DNA from: Rebecca billardiae RCC1528
Lineage: Eukaryota; Protista; Haptophyta
DNA length: 64,000 nt
Reading direction: 5' to 3'
NCBI GenBank assembly: GCA_965240325.2
Contig: OZ251225.1
Span: 992,001-1,056,000 of the forward strand
Below the pieces are notes generated by a model, which was given only the letters and a program-made list of their open reading frames with translations, was not told the origin of the DNA and made no database searches. Both the position numbers and the translations under genes were made by a program. Shown in pieces: positions 34,013 through 45,773 of this stretch. Each line of letters begins with the position of its first letter. The first letter of the stretch is position 1.

Positions 34013-37000
34013 ATGGCCTCCGACGAGATCCGCACGTGGCTCGACACCGTCGACGAGGGCTATGCCGACCTCTTCGGCCACGTATTCGCCGCCATGTACG
34101 CCCGCCGCCTCGACGACCTCGCCACTTTTGCCTCAGCCGACGACTTCATCGACGCCTGCTTGACCGCGGGTCTGCCCGTGGCCGCAGCCGTGCCGCGCGC
34201 GCGACTCCGCGCGGCGTGGTCCGTGCTGCACAAGGGCGAGACCACAAGCTTAGTGGCCCGCGCGGCTCCGGCATCCGGACCGGAGCCAGAAGCCCACGCG
34301 GCTCCCCCATCCGCACCACCCATGGACATTGTCATCGACAGCGGCGACAGCAGTGCGCCGTCGACCGCGCCGATGGACATGCCCACGAGCGCCGACACGC
34401 CGCGCCTCAAGCTGACCGTGTACGGGTCCTACTTCGACGTCGAGCCGGGCGCGTCCTTCCCCGTGGAGCTGGGTGCCAACTCGACGCTCTTGGACCTCAA
34501 GTTGGCGTGCGCAGAGCATCTCGGCGTCGCCGCCACCTTCGTGCCCGACGCGCCGCTTCCGGGTTCTGACGGGGCGGGTGCGGAGCTGCCGGTCGTGATT
34601 CACTGCCCGAGCAGGTACGGTGGCGACGGGCGGGAGATGTTCGTCCTCGCGCCGCGCACGCTCGATCTCGCTGCGCTGAAGGCGCGTATCGCGCACGCGG
34701 CGGGCGCATGCATCGCTCACGTTGGCTTTGAGCTCGTCGGTGGCCCCGGCGTCGGCACGGAGGGCATGGCATCTGCGGAGGAGGGCCGCCGCGCTGATTG
34801 CACGCGCCCACGCCTCTTGGTGGACCACATGATCACGTGGCAGCCGGATCCGCGCAGCGGCCTGGTCCGCCTCGGGCCACCTGGCGAGGCGCGCACTGGG
34901 CGACTCACGGCGCATGGCGCCGCGCCAGGCCTGTGCGGCGTGCACGCGCTGTCTCAGTGGCAGCTGTGCTTGTGCTTCGGCGGCGGCGTTGTGCTTCGCG
35001 CAACAGTGCCGAACCCGCTCGTTCCGGGTGGCGCGACACACGTCACCCTGGCCGACGCTGCGCGTGCAGCGCTCGGCGACACCTCCGCGCCTGCGGCGTG
35101 CGCCGACGGCGCAGCAGCGGCCGTGGCCACGCCGCCTCCCATCTGCCTGGCCGGTGCGCGCAGCGGCGAGGGCGCGGCGGCCCTGCTGGACGTGCTCGCG
35201 CTCGGCGACTCGGCGCGCCTGGACGTGGAGTGGACGGCCGCCGTGCCCGATGGCGTCGTGGATGTGCTAGTCAAGACGTACACGGGCGGCGCTGCCACCG
35301 TCCGCGCGGCGCTCAGCGACCGCGCAGCGGAGCTGCTGGAGCGCGCGGCCTCCGAGCTCGCCACAGCTGAGCAGCGGCACGGCCGTGTGGCCGAGCTGAG
35401 CGTGTGCGGGTCCGGCCACAGGGCGGTCCACGTGGAGGGCAGCGCGCCAGAGGCGGGGCGCGCGCCGCCGACGGTGTGGTCGCTCGGCTTTGGCCGTGCC
35501 GAGCAGCCCACGGCCTTCCTCCACTTCCGCGCGCCCGCCGCGGCCGCCGCGGCGGGGGCGGCCGCTGCCGCACGCGCCGCCGCCCCCGCTGCTGCCGAGG
35601 CCGCGACAGCGGGCGAGGATGCGGGCGGCCGCGTCGGAGCCGACGCCAACGGCGAGCACGACGAGATTGGCGCGGACGAGGACGCAGCCGGCCGCGCGCG
35701 TGCGCCGCGCGCGCGTCGCGTGACCGTCGACGTCGCCCTCGCCAGCCACCCTCTCCTCTCGACAGCCGCCACGGACCAGCTGCCGCTCTCGGCGTGGGGC
35801 ATCTGCGATGGCGACAGCGTGCACGCGCTCGCGCGCTGGACGCGGACGGCGTGCGGCGAGGGCGACGTCCCGCGCACGGGTGCGCTGCTCGCGGGCAGGC
35901 AGGGCCAATTCGCCGACGGCGACGCGTGGTGGTCGGCCGTCGGCGTGCCGCAGCAGTCGGCGAGCGCTCGCGCCGGCGTGCTCGCCTCCCTGCTCGTGCT
36001 GGCGGACTCGCTGCGCGGCGGGGCGCGCGGCGGCGGCGGGCGCGGTGGCGGAGCCGCGCCGCGCGGGCCCTCGCTCGCGCGTGTGCTGCACGTGCTGCGC
36101 GTGTGGCTGCGCTCGGACCATCCAGCGGTCGCGGCGCTTCGAGAGCTCGCGCTCGGCCACGCCATCGCTCCGAGCGCGCAGGCGTGGCTCGGCTGCGCGG
36201 TGCTGCGCATCGCGCGCCGGCTGGCGCCGGGCGCTCCCCCGCCCCCCGCCTCGCTGGGCGAGCACGTGCGCTCGTCGTGCGCGCAGCTGCTCATCCAGTC
36301 CGAGGCCGAGTTGGGCTGGGGCGCGCGCGACGAGCTCGGCCAGTGGCGCGAGCTGCGCCTGGAGACGGGCGCGGCCGCCCCCGCAGCCGCTGATGACGCC
36401 GACGGCGGCGGCGCTGACGATGGCGAGGGCGAGGGCCTGGCGGGCGTCGACCTGCGCGCGCTCGCACTCGCCGCACCTGGCCGAGACGAGATTCGCATCT
36501 GGGCGCCCTCCTCCGCGGCGGCGTGGGCGGCGGCGCTCAACGCGCGCACGCTGTGCGCGCCGGGTGAGGGCGAGCTCGTGGCTCTGAGTAGCGCGGCGCA
36601 CGCGCGCGCGGCCGCCGCGCAGCCGAGCGCGGCGCGGTGCATGCGCATCATCCCGTCCGCGCTGCTCCCGCACGCGCCGCGCCCGTCGCTCTGCCGCGAC
36701 GAGACGGGCCGCGCGGCCGCGTACGTCGGCACGTGGACCTCCGGAGTGGGCGCGTCGGGCGACGAGCTCGTGTCCCTCTTCCTGCCTCTCGAGGGCAAAG
36801 AGCGTCAGTCTGGCGTGAAGGCGCTGCAGGCCAAGCTGGTCGCGCTCGGGCTGGAGTCGGAGCAGGCCAGCGCGGCCGAGCTCGAGTCGGAGATGGCGGG
36901 CACGCCCGACGAGGCGACGGTGCTCGTGCTCGACGTGAGCGCGTCGATGGCGGGCTCGGCGTCGTTCGGCGGGCACGACGAGCAGGAGGAGCAGCGCCGG

Positions 37001-37176
37001 GAGGAGGAGGCCAGCCGGGCGGCGTGGCGGCATGGGCGTGTGGAGCCGCACGAGTGGCGGTGGGACATGCGGCCCAGCCGCCGCGCGCCGGGCGACCGTG
37101 ACGCTCGCAACTCGCGCAGTAGTGCCGACGAGGACGACGAAGAATCGGAGAGCGATGGCGACGGCGAGTGCGGGCA

Positions 37177-37207
<31 letters not shown>

Positions 37208-40200
37208 TGCCTGTACAATGGCGATGACTACGACGACGCGGCCGCGGTCGCGTGCCTGCGCGCCGTCCCGGGCTACTCGCACGCCCTCAAGCTGGCCAGG
37301 TCGCACTCCCCTGAGGCCGTGCTGCGCGAGCTGTGCCACGTCGAGAGCCCCTTGAAGCCGTACAACTCGGAGCTGTACGCCGCCGCGCGCGACCACTTTG
37401 TGCTGCTCAAGCTCACGCTGGCCGGGGACTCGGTGCTGGCGCCCGATGGCCGCAGCGCCTCACGCGGCAGCCGCAGCGCAGCGGCCGCGCCGCCGCGCGG
37501 CGGCGCAGCCGCAGGCAGCGCCGAGGCGGCCGTCGAGGAGGACGACGAGGGCGACGACGACGTGCCGGAGCCGTTCCGCTGCCCAATCACGTGGACGCTG
37601 CTCGACGACCCGGTCGTGGCCCCCGACGGCAACACCTACTCTCGGGACGCGCTGGGCCGGTGGCTGGCGCACAGCGATCGCTCGCCGCTCACTGGGGCGC
37701 CCATGAACACGCGGCTGCCGCTCACGCCCAACTTCAACCTGCGCTCACAGATCCACGCGTGGCTGGATGGGAGCGGCGCCGGCACGCGCGGCGCGCTCCG
37801 CGGGACGGCGGGCGCGCCGGCCGCCGCGCGTGTGGTCTCGTTCGAGGTTGCAGTACTCGCAGCGCCGTCCGATCGGCCTCGCGCCGCACGCGGCGGCGGC
37901 GCCGCCGAGCGCGCCGCGGCCGTGCGAGTGACCGTGCCGCGCAGCGCGCCGCTCTTTGCCATCGCGGCCGCGGTCGCGCGCGCCACGGACGGCGCAGTGT
38001 GGCCGACGCACGCGGCCGCGCCCAACGGCGCGTGGGCCGACCTTGGCACTGGAGCGCGCGCCGCCGACGCCGCGCCAGTGTCCGTGCGCCAGCTGCACTC
38101 GCTCTGCCCACCGGCTGCGGCTGCGGCCGCGGCTGGCCCGGCGTCGGAGGACTCCGTCGGGGCCGACGGCGGGCCGCCGCGCCGCCTGCTGGTGCAGATG
38201 CGCGCCCCCGTCGGCCGCCGCGTGCGCGTCCGTGACCCTCACAACCAGTCCGCGTTCGCGCGGTGGAGCGACGCGCCTGTCGTCTTTGACGAGCGCGTGG
38301 ACGGCAGTGAGACGGTGGGGGGGCTGCTCGTGCTGCTCTGGGAGCGCCTCGGCATCCGGCCGGGCGGGCGCATGCTGTGGTACGACGTGGTGGAGCAGGG
38401 CGACGACAGGCGCGTTGGGCAGCCCGCGACCCTCACGCACGCCCGGATCCCCGCGCACGTGACCGAGTTGGTGCTGCACTACCCGCCGGCCCCGACCCCG
38501 ACGCGCCGAGGCCCCGAGCCCCTCTCGCGGCTGGCGGCCGCGCAGGCCGTGCTGCACGCCTTCTGCAACCGCGTGCAGGCGTACCGCGCGCCGCACGAGC
38601 TCGGCCTCGTGCTCGTGGGCACGGAGGCGCGCGAGGTGTGCGCGCTCACGCCCGTGCTCTCGCGCTTCCGGGCCGAGCTCGACGGCGCGCACGCGAAGGG
38701 CAACACCGCCCTCCGCGACGGCCTGGCGCTCGCCGCGCAGATGCTGCGAGTGCGCGAGGCGCGCCACCGCGCGAGCGCGGCGGCGGCCGGCGGCGGCGAC
38801 GCGCCGCCGCTCGCGCTGCGCGTGCTGTGCGTGAGTGACGGCGAGGACACGTGCTCGTCCGCCGCCAACTCGACGCCCGCCGTCGAGGCTGCGCTCGGCC
38901 CCGCCGGCGGCACGCGCGCGAGGATCGTCGTGGACTGCGTCGCGGTGGGGCGTGCCGACCACGAGCCGCTGTGCGCCCTCGCCAAGCGCTCGGGCGGGCT
39001 GGCCTTTTGGCCGCAGCAGCTGCGCACCGCGCTGCAGCTGTGCGAGCTCGACCCGGTCATCTCGTGCCTGCAGCGCCCGCCGCCTGCGCCCTTCCGTGGG
39101 CCGGGCAGCCCCGACTTCGACGCCATCGACCGCGTGCCGGGTCGGCCCGTGCCAGAGCTGGGGCGCACCGTGAGGCCGCTGTCGGACGCGCTCGCCGCGC
39201 TTGACGCCGCCGAGCCCAGCGCGGGCGGCGGCGGCGCAGGCAGCGCGTCGCGCGCCGTGCTCCGCGAGCTGCGCGAGCTGCACCGCGCGCCGCACCCGCA
39301 CATCGACGTGTTCCCGTCCGACGACGTGCGCTTCTGGCGCATCGTCATCGCCGGCCCCGAGGGCACGCCGTACGAGCGAGGTACCTGGGCCGGCTTTGTG
39401 CGACTCCCGGCCGAGTACCCGGCCGATCCTCCCGAGGTGCGGCTGGTCACGCCGATCAGGCACTGCAACATCAACGCGCACGGTCGCGTGTGCCACTCGA
39501 TCCTCGACCGCAACTGGACGCCGGCGACGCGGATGCGCACTGTGCTCGACTGCGTGTACAGTGCGCGCGCGCGCCCGCGGCCCCGCGCGTGGCGGCGCCG
39601 GTGCGCGAGCGCACGCGGCGGCGTGTGCACAGCGTTTCGCGCGCACCTCCGATGATGCCCTTGGCGCGGCGCGGCGGCGGCGCGTGCGCAGGCCTGCTGC
39701 TCACGCCGGACACGGCCGACCCTCTCGACTCACACCTGAGCCTCAGCTTCTACGGCGCCGACGGCGGGTACGAGGCGGCCATCATCGAGCACACGCGCAC
39801 GCACGCCTCGGTGAGCCGCGCCGAGTGGGGAGAGGCGCTGCGCGCGAGCAGCCTGACGGCGCAGGAGCGCCTCGCCGCCTGCAGGGGCCACCTGGCGAGC
39901 ATGCGCGAGGCGCGGCTCTCTGGCAGCCTCGCGCAGGCCATCCACGCGGCGCAGCTCGGCGCGGCCGCCGTCTCGCAGTGGCCAGAGCCTCTCGCGAGCG
40001 TCGATGACGTGCAGATCGCGCTGGAGTCGACGCGCTGCCGCTTGCACCTCGTGGAGCTTCGCACCGAGGGCGCGCCACACATGCCAGAGCCCGACGCGCG
40101 CGCCGCGCGCGCGCACTCCACGAGCTCGCTCTCGGCGGCGCGGAAGACTCTCCAGCAGCTCCTCCACACCACGAATACGCCGAGCGATGCCCGCCAGCGG

Positions 40201-40503
40201 CGCGACCACCGGCGCTTTGTGGCGCCGCGAGCGCTGCAGGCAGACATCTACTACGCACTCGCCACGGTCGAGAAGCTCGAGGCACGTCGGGGACGTCGGG
40301 TTGCCTGGCTCCGGGAAGCGCTCGGCGCGGCGTTCGACGGCGGCGTCGCGGCGCGCGTGACCGCCATCGAAGCCGAGCTCACCGACGTGATCGCCGAGCA
40401 TGTCGACCGCACGGGCTCTGCAGCTGGTAGCGAGGAGCCACCGGGTGGACAGGGCGGTGGCAGGAGCGGGCGCCGCAGGGGCGGGCGGCGCCAGCGGCGC
40501 TGA
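34013..40503 (+). CDS. Giant ubiquitin-system fusion protein: SAM-like, Ubl-like, split vWA with inserted U-box, UBC (E2), helical tail; intron 39561-39691
   Basis: VLVLDVSASM (MIDAS DxSxS, about 36920); U-box PEPFRCPITWTLLDDPVVAPDGNTYSR...SPLTG (about 37565-37765); vWA remainder GNTALRDGL and VSDGED; E2 GPEGTPYERG...YPADPP...HCNINAHGRVCHSIL..NW. Confidence 0.9.
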
Positions 40504-40504
40504 G

Positions 40505-40680
40505 TACGGTCATTACATCAGCAGTGTCCAGTACCACAGGAAGCGCCAGCACACCCGCATGGGGACCTCCAAGCTGTTCCTGATGCCCGGCACCGAGAAC
40601 CCAGCCGACATCATGACGAAGCCAATCATCAGGCTGATTCCAGCGTCCCTTCAGCTGCGTCTCTTGCGATCCAGCGCCGA
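40505..40680 (+). pseudogene. Copia-type RNase H C-terminal relic
   Basis: H.ISSVQYH..R...G...L..MPGTENPADIMTKP matches the copia RNase H end (compare HIEIRYHRIR...DNVADVLTK in the element at 2.8 kb). Confidence 0.7.
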
Positions 40681-41220
40681 TCCTCGGCATGTGATCGTAC
40701 TTCCATCACGACGAGTCGTACAGTATGCACGTCATGATGCTTCAAGGTAATCGGTCGCCGAACGTCGGACGCACATTGGCAAGTCACGGCTGATCATCAG
40801 CACCGTCTCTTCTGACTGAATGACGGAGCCACGTTTCGACGGCGGCACGACCTGTGAGTGACCTGACCGCTGACGCGCTCAGGCCGGCCGGCTCGTCATC
40901 CGGTCCACTCGCACCCGATCCAGTCTTCCGTTCTCGGACGCCACCGTTAGCAGCAGCACGCGCGCACATCAGTCATCATCAATCACACTCGTCTGTCAGC
41001 GACCCGGATAGTATTCCTAAGTAGTCGTCTCAGTACCGATTCCACGGACTATCCGGGCCGTGACACTGATCGTCACGGTGGCTCGGTCGACCCGGTTACT
41101 ATACGCGGTTGATACGTCTCTGGACTTACTTTATTCGTATACCGCCCGTTGCGTCGATCAGATTAAGTCGTATACCGTCGAGAGTACAAGCCTATCTACG
41201 ACTATCCGGCGGGTCGACCA

Positions 41221-41813
41221 GGCGCAATCGCGGGCAATAAGAAGTCAGAGATCTCACGGCTAGTCTCGGTTTCTTAGCCGTTCGGTAGCCGCTACCGAAC
41301 GGCTAAGAAACCGACGGGTAGCCCGAGCGCCTACGGAGTCTCAGTTTCTTAGCTAGGTCCGCCCGCCGCGCAGGCGCAGGGGGCGCAGCGGGGCAGACCC
41401 CCCCACTGAGTCTTTAGGCCCGGCCGGCGAGGCCGACGAACGTTTTGGGGCCATTTTGGAGCAGCAATGAGCAAATCTGGCATGATGTTACATGGATGCC
41501 GCGGTGCACTGGCCAGGAGTCAGTCAGACGGAAGTTGGGACTTGGCCTGTACTCGTAGTCGGGCCGCGCGCCGCGTCCCACGGCGTCACACGGCCACTGG
41601 CACTGCGCCTCGGCGGACCCGACGTCAGCCGCGACGACCGAGTAGCTAGCTAGTCCCAGTTTCTTATACGGTGTGACTATGCGTACGTATAGCGAACCAG
41701 CCAAGATCGGAGTGAATCGCTAGTCTCAGTAGTTCTAGGCCAGATCCGCAGATAGCAAGCCCCAGTTTCTCAACGACAGCTCCCGGCCCTTATTGCCCGC
41801 GATTATGCGCGCC
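41221..41813. mobile_element. MITE-like relic containing a perfect internal palindrome
   Basis: Inverted ends AATCGCGGGCAATAAG (41226-41241) and CTTATTGCCCGCGATT (about 41789-41804); 24-bp perfect hairpin at 41266-41314; recurring AGTCTCAGTTTCTTA-like motif. Confidence 0.55.
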
Positions 41814-43518
41814 TCAGTAGCTGTGTCACATTATCTGACCGAGTCCGCCAGTTTACTGCCAGAGCGCCCGTATATATATATATACGAGTAGTCACTCATC
41901 ACTTAGTTAGTAGTAGTTATAGTACTATAGACTAGTTCGGACTATACTGATGGTAGAATTCAGCGGCCGCTGCCTGTGTTATGGCCCGCGGTGCAGGGCG
42001 GAGCGCGCAGCGTGGAGCCCGCACCAGCGGGCCCGAACCACGTTTCAAAAAGATCTTTGATCAAGAAAAAAGGGACGGGGGGCGATTTTTAGGGCTGGCG
42101 GAGACCGAGTTTCGAGTTTTTGAGATCGCATTGAGAGGTCTATCAGGCCAAAAAAAACCGCGCCCAGCTGATTCCCTAAGTAAAGTGCGATCTGGACGTC
42201 AGCTGGACGTGACATTAGTGTAACGGTTCGTTACGAGCGCGATTTTAAGTATGAGATTGCCGCCAACCGCCAACCGATAAAAACGGCAAGGCAAGGGATC
42301 GGGAAACTTGATCACCTCCAACTGTGAATAGTTTAAAAAAGCAGCGCGACGAACCCGGGCGCGCCGGCCCTTGATTGATCAGCCGCGGTCACGGCTTTAT
42401 TCGCTCTGACTGAGTGAGCGAGCTTTGCTCGGGCAGCGCCCACCCCGACCGGGGGACGCCGCAGCAGTGACGGCGCGTGGCGGTGCCGTGGCGGGGGCCG
42501 GCCGGCCGCTGGTCTCGCCCTCGCGCTCTGCTCTCCCCGAGCGCGCCTGTCGCCTCGCAGGCCGCGCGTCTCGCCCTCTCGCTCCGCTCTCCCCGAGGCT
42601 GAGCTCGCGGCCCGCCTGTCACCTCGCAGGCGCGCGCCACGGACACATGCGCGACGACATCGCGGCGGGGGCGGCGAGATCGCGGCGCGGGCGACGGGCA
42701 ACAACCTGCCCGCGGGCGCGTTCGTCACTCGAGGAGCAGCGCGCAAGGGCGAGCCGAGTCCGGAGCACGCGAGCTCGTCGCTCGCCGACCGGAGCAGAGC
42801 GCGCCGCCCGCCGCCGCCGAGCGAGCGGCGCGGCAGAGCTGATGAGCCGGATGCGCCCGGAGCTCGCGCGGCTGAAGGGCGAGCTCGAGCACGCGAGCTC
42901 GCGCCTCGACGCCGAGCGCGAGCTCCTCCTCAACTCGGTCGACGGCGGCGCGGAGGTCCGGCAGCAGCGTGAGGACTCACAGACAGCCGTGAGTGAGCCG
43001 CGCGCAGCTCAGCCTGCCGCTGGCAGCCGCCGTCTTCGAGGCCGACGCGGCGGAGGAGGCGGCGGGCGAGCACGGCGGCGCGGTGGAGCAGGCGCGCACG
43101 CGCGGCGGCAGGCGCGACGCGCCGCTCGCCTCGTTCCACCGCCCCGAGCTCCGCTCGGTCGGTCTCGGTGCGCGGCTGCGCAGCCGGCAGGCCGGCGGGC
43201 CAGCAGTCTGTCTGTCTGTCTGCAGTGGCGCGCGCTCTCGCTCTGCCGGCACGAGGCGTGCCGGCTGAGCGACCAGCGGCCCGTCGTCGAGCGCATGGCG
43301 CAGGGCGAGTACCTCAAGCAGGTGCGCCCGCTCGCGCGCACGCGCCGGCTCGCGCCGCGCCAGCGCCTCTCGCCCTGCCTGCGCGCGCGCGCCGGCCGCT
43401 AGTCCCCGCGGCGGCCCGCGGCGACAGTCCTCGGCCCGCCGGCCCGGTGGGCGGCAGTGACTGAGTTGGCGATGGCAGCTCAGGCGAACTGTTACACATG
43501 TCAGACTGAGACAGCAGC

Positions 43519-44471
43519 CGACGGAGGGTGCACCGCGGGCCCCGAACTACGTTCGTTCTACGGAAAAAGACCGCGGAACGCGGTCATATATATATATACA
43601 GGGGTCTCAACAATTAGCTGTATCTCTGTTTGTGCCACTGGACAGGCATGTGAGCACTTGATTGCCTGGCTAGATGTGGTCTAGCACAGCCCACTACTCC
43701 CTGGCCATTCTGACGAGTGGGTGGCTGCTTGGCCAGCTCTCCATGCTGGGCTGTGGTGCCATCCAGAGTGCGCATGTGCAGCAGCCCAGGTGGGTGCAGC
43801 GAGGGGTGCGGCAGGCAGCAGTGGGTGGTCAGCTTGAAAACCCATGCAGGCCAGCCACCAGCAGCTAGGCTGCAGAGCTCTTGGCTGCACCAGCCCCACT
43901 CCAGCCCCCTCAAGTCGGGTGGCTGGCCACCCTCGGGGTGTGTCAGCGGGTGCTGCTGCTGGCCTCCCAGTGCAGGGGAGCTGACCCGACAGGTCCTTGC
44001 GCAGGTGGGGGTGCGGGATTGGGCACTGTGCCACAGCAGCTGCATCCCATGAGCTCCCCCCAGGTGGCATGCAGCCCACCCTAGGGGGTACCAGATCCAC
44101 TGCCAAGCACAATTCAGGCCTGGTGAGTGGCAGCCTGGTCTGTGTGGGCACACGGCCCGCGACCAGTGACGACAAGCCTGCGGCAGGATCTGGCCAGCTG
44201 CGACAGACTGCACGCCTGCAGCCGTGTGACCTGCTGGTGTGCCCAACTCCAGCCCACGCGCGCTGGGGCTGACGCGCTGCGTCGAAACCGTCGTGCACGG
44301 GCCGTGGGGGGCGCCTGGATCAGCCCAGGGGGGCAGGGTGAGCAGTGGCGTGCAGCTCAGTCAGAATGTGACGTTTAATTGTTGAGACCCCTGTATGACC
44401 GCGCTCCGCGGTCCTTTTCCGTAGCCAACGAACGTAGTTCGGGGCCCGCGGTGGCGGTGCACCCTCCGTCG
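43519..44471. mobile_element. Palindromic MITE (about 70-bp arms) split at its central TA by the inner element
   Basis: 43519-43588 and 44394-44471 are reverse complements with small indels. Confidence 0.75.
43599..44393. mobile_element. Tc1/mariner-type non-autonomous element
   Basis: Perfect 18-bp TIRs CAGGGGTCTCAACAATTA flanked by TA on both sides; no transposase. Confidence 0.88.
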
Positions 44472-45773
44472 CAGTCGTCTATTGACAGACCAGTTGCATG
44501 CCCGTACAACTAGACTCCAGCGGCGCGCCGCTGCGCCCCTGCGCCGGCGCCGCGGGCGCGGGCCCATCGCAGCCGCCGGCGCGGCGCCCGCCGGACGCCG
44601 AGCTAGTCGCGGCTCGCTCGCCACCCCCGCCAACGCACGGGCTTACAAAGGTTTTGAGGCTTTGAGCTCGCCAGCTCGGTGAGTCAGTGACTATGAAATG
44701 GCTGGCAACGAACAGCTGCGGATACTTTTCAGTAAGGCTTGCGGGTACGTAGTTTTTAGACTCTACCAACCGTCGCGAAGCCAAGTTCGTATTCATCAAT
44801 GCGGAGGCAAACTATCAAGACGAAAATAGCCTCGAAAGGGGGAGTGATGTTTGTATCAAACTTGTAACCGTCCAACTTCACACTATTAATCAAGCCCGTT
44901 AGTGAGCTCTCTGCTCTCACGCCCGGCCGTCCACGATTGAATAGGGGAATCTCGTGGGCGCGTCCTTTTCTCCGTAATGCGTGTCTAGAGAGGGTCTCAA
45001 AAATTGAAACTCGGTCTCCGCCAGCCCCCGGTAAAAATCGCCCCCCGTCCCCTTTTCTTGATATCAAAGATCTTTTTCGGAAACGCGGTTAGGGCCCGCG
45101 GAGCGGGCTCCACGCTGCGCGCTCCGCCCTGCACCGCGGGCCATAAGTGCCTATCTCAGCCTGATCAGTACGGCGGCGGACAATAGTCCGGGACTCTCAC
45201 TCTCAGAGTCAGATCGGCCAGCGGTATAGCTGCAGAGCCGTATCAACTATCACTACTACGGCTCAATTATAAGTAGTGAGTTTACTAGTTAGAGCACGGT
45301 GCTTAAGCAGGCGGCGAGTCACGCGGGCACAACGCCCGCCGCGTGCCGGACAGAGAGTTCGATGAGACAGTGCGGACTAACGACGTCGGAGTGTCAGACC
45401 GGATTATCGGACGGCTCGGTCTCACACTGCCTCACTCACCCGTCCCGGCGCGGGCCCCGGGCGCCATCGCGACTCGCGCCCGCGCCGATTCACTTATCAC
45501 TACTAATAGTAATACTCTACGTGTGTCCGATTAGAACGGCGCGGATCACGGTACTGGGCGAGCAGTCAACGGTCAAGTCCCAGAGCGGCGATTACACGTA
45601 CTCATTCTATGATTTAACGACACAGGTAGGACGGCGCAGGTCTCCTGATTCGTCGTCGGCAGTGCCCGATCGTCGACACGAAGTCGGCGCTGGTGGCAGA
45701 GCATAGCCTGAACCGCGATCGAATGGCTTGAGCGCGGCCTTGAGCTGCTGGAGCGCGATCCACCTGCGGCAGG

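Larger units (their letters stand above)
41980..45145. mobile_element. Non-autonomous DNA transposon with about 200-bp TIRs (outer layer of a nest)
   Basis: TATGGCCCGCGGTGCAGGGCGGAGCGCGCAGCGTGGAGCCCGC at 41980 is the reverse complement of about 45103-45145; similarity continues about 200 bp inward. Confidence 0.85.

Noticed and set aside
26164-39646. Long minus-strand ORFs opposite IFT144, PUS1 and the E2-E3 gene
   Set aside because: Shadow ORFs caused by high GC; the 792-aa ORF 31119-33497 is ALG5 plus PUS1 antisense.
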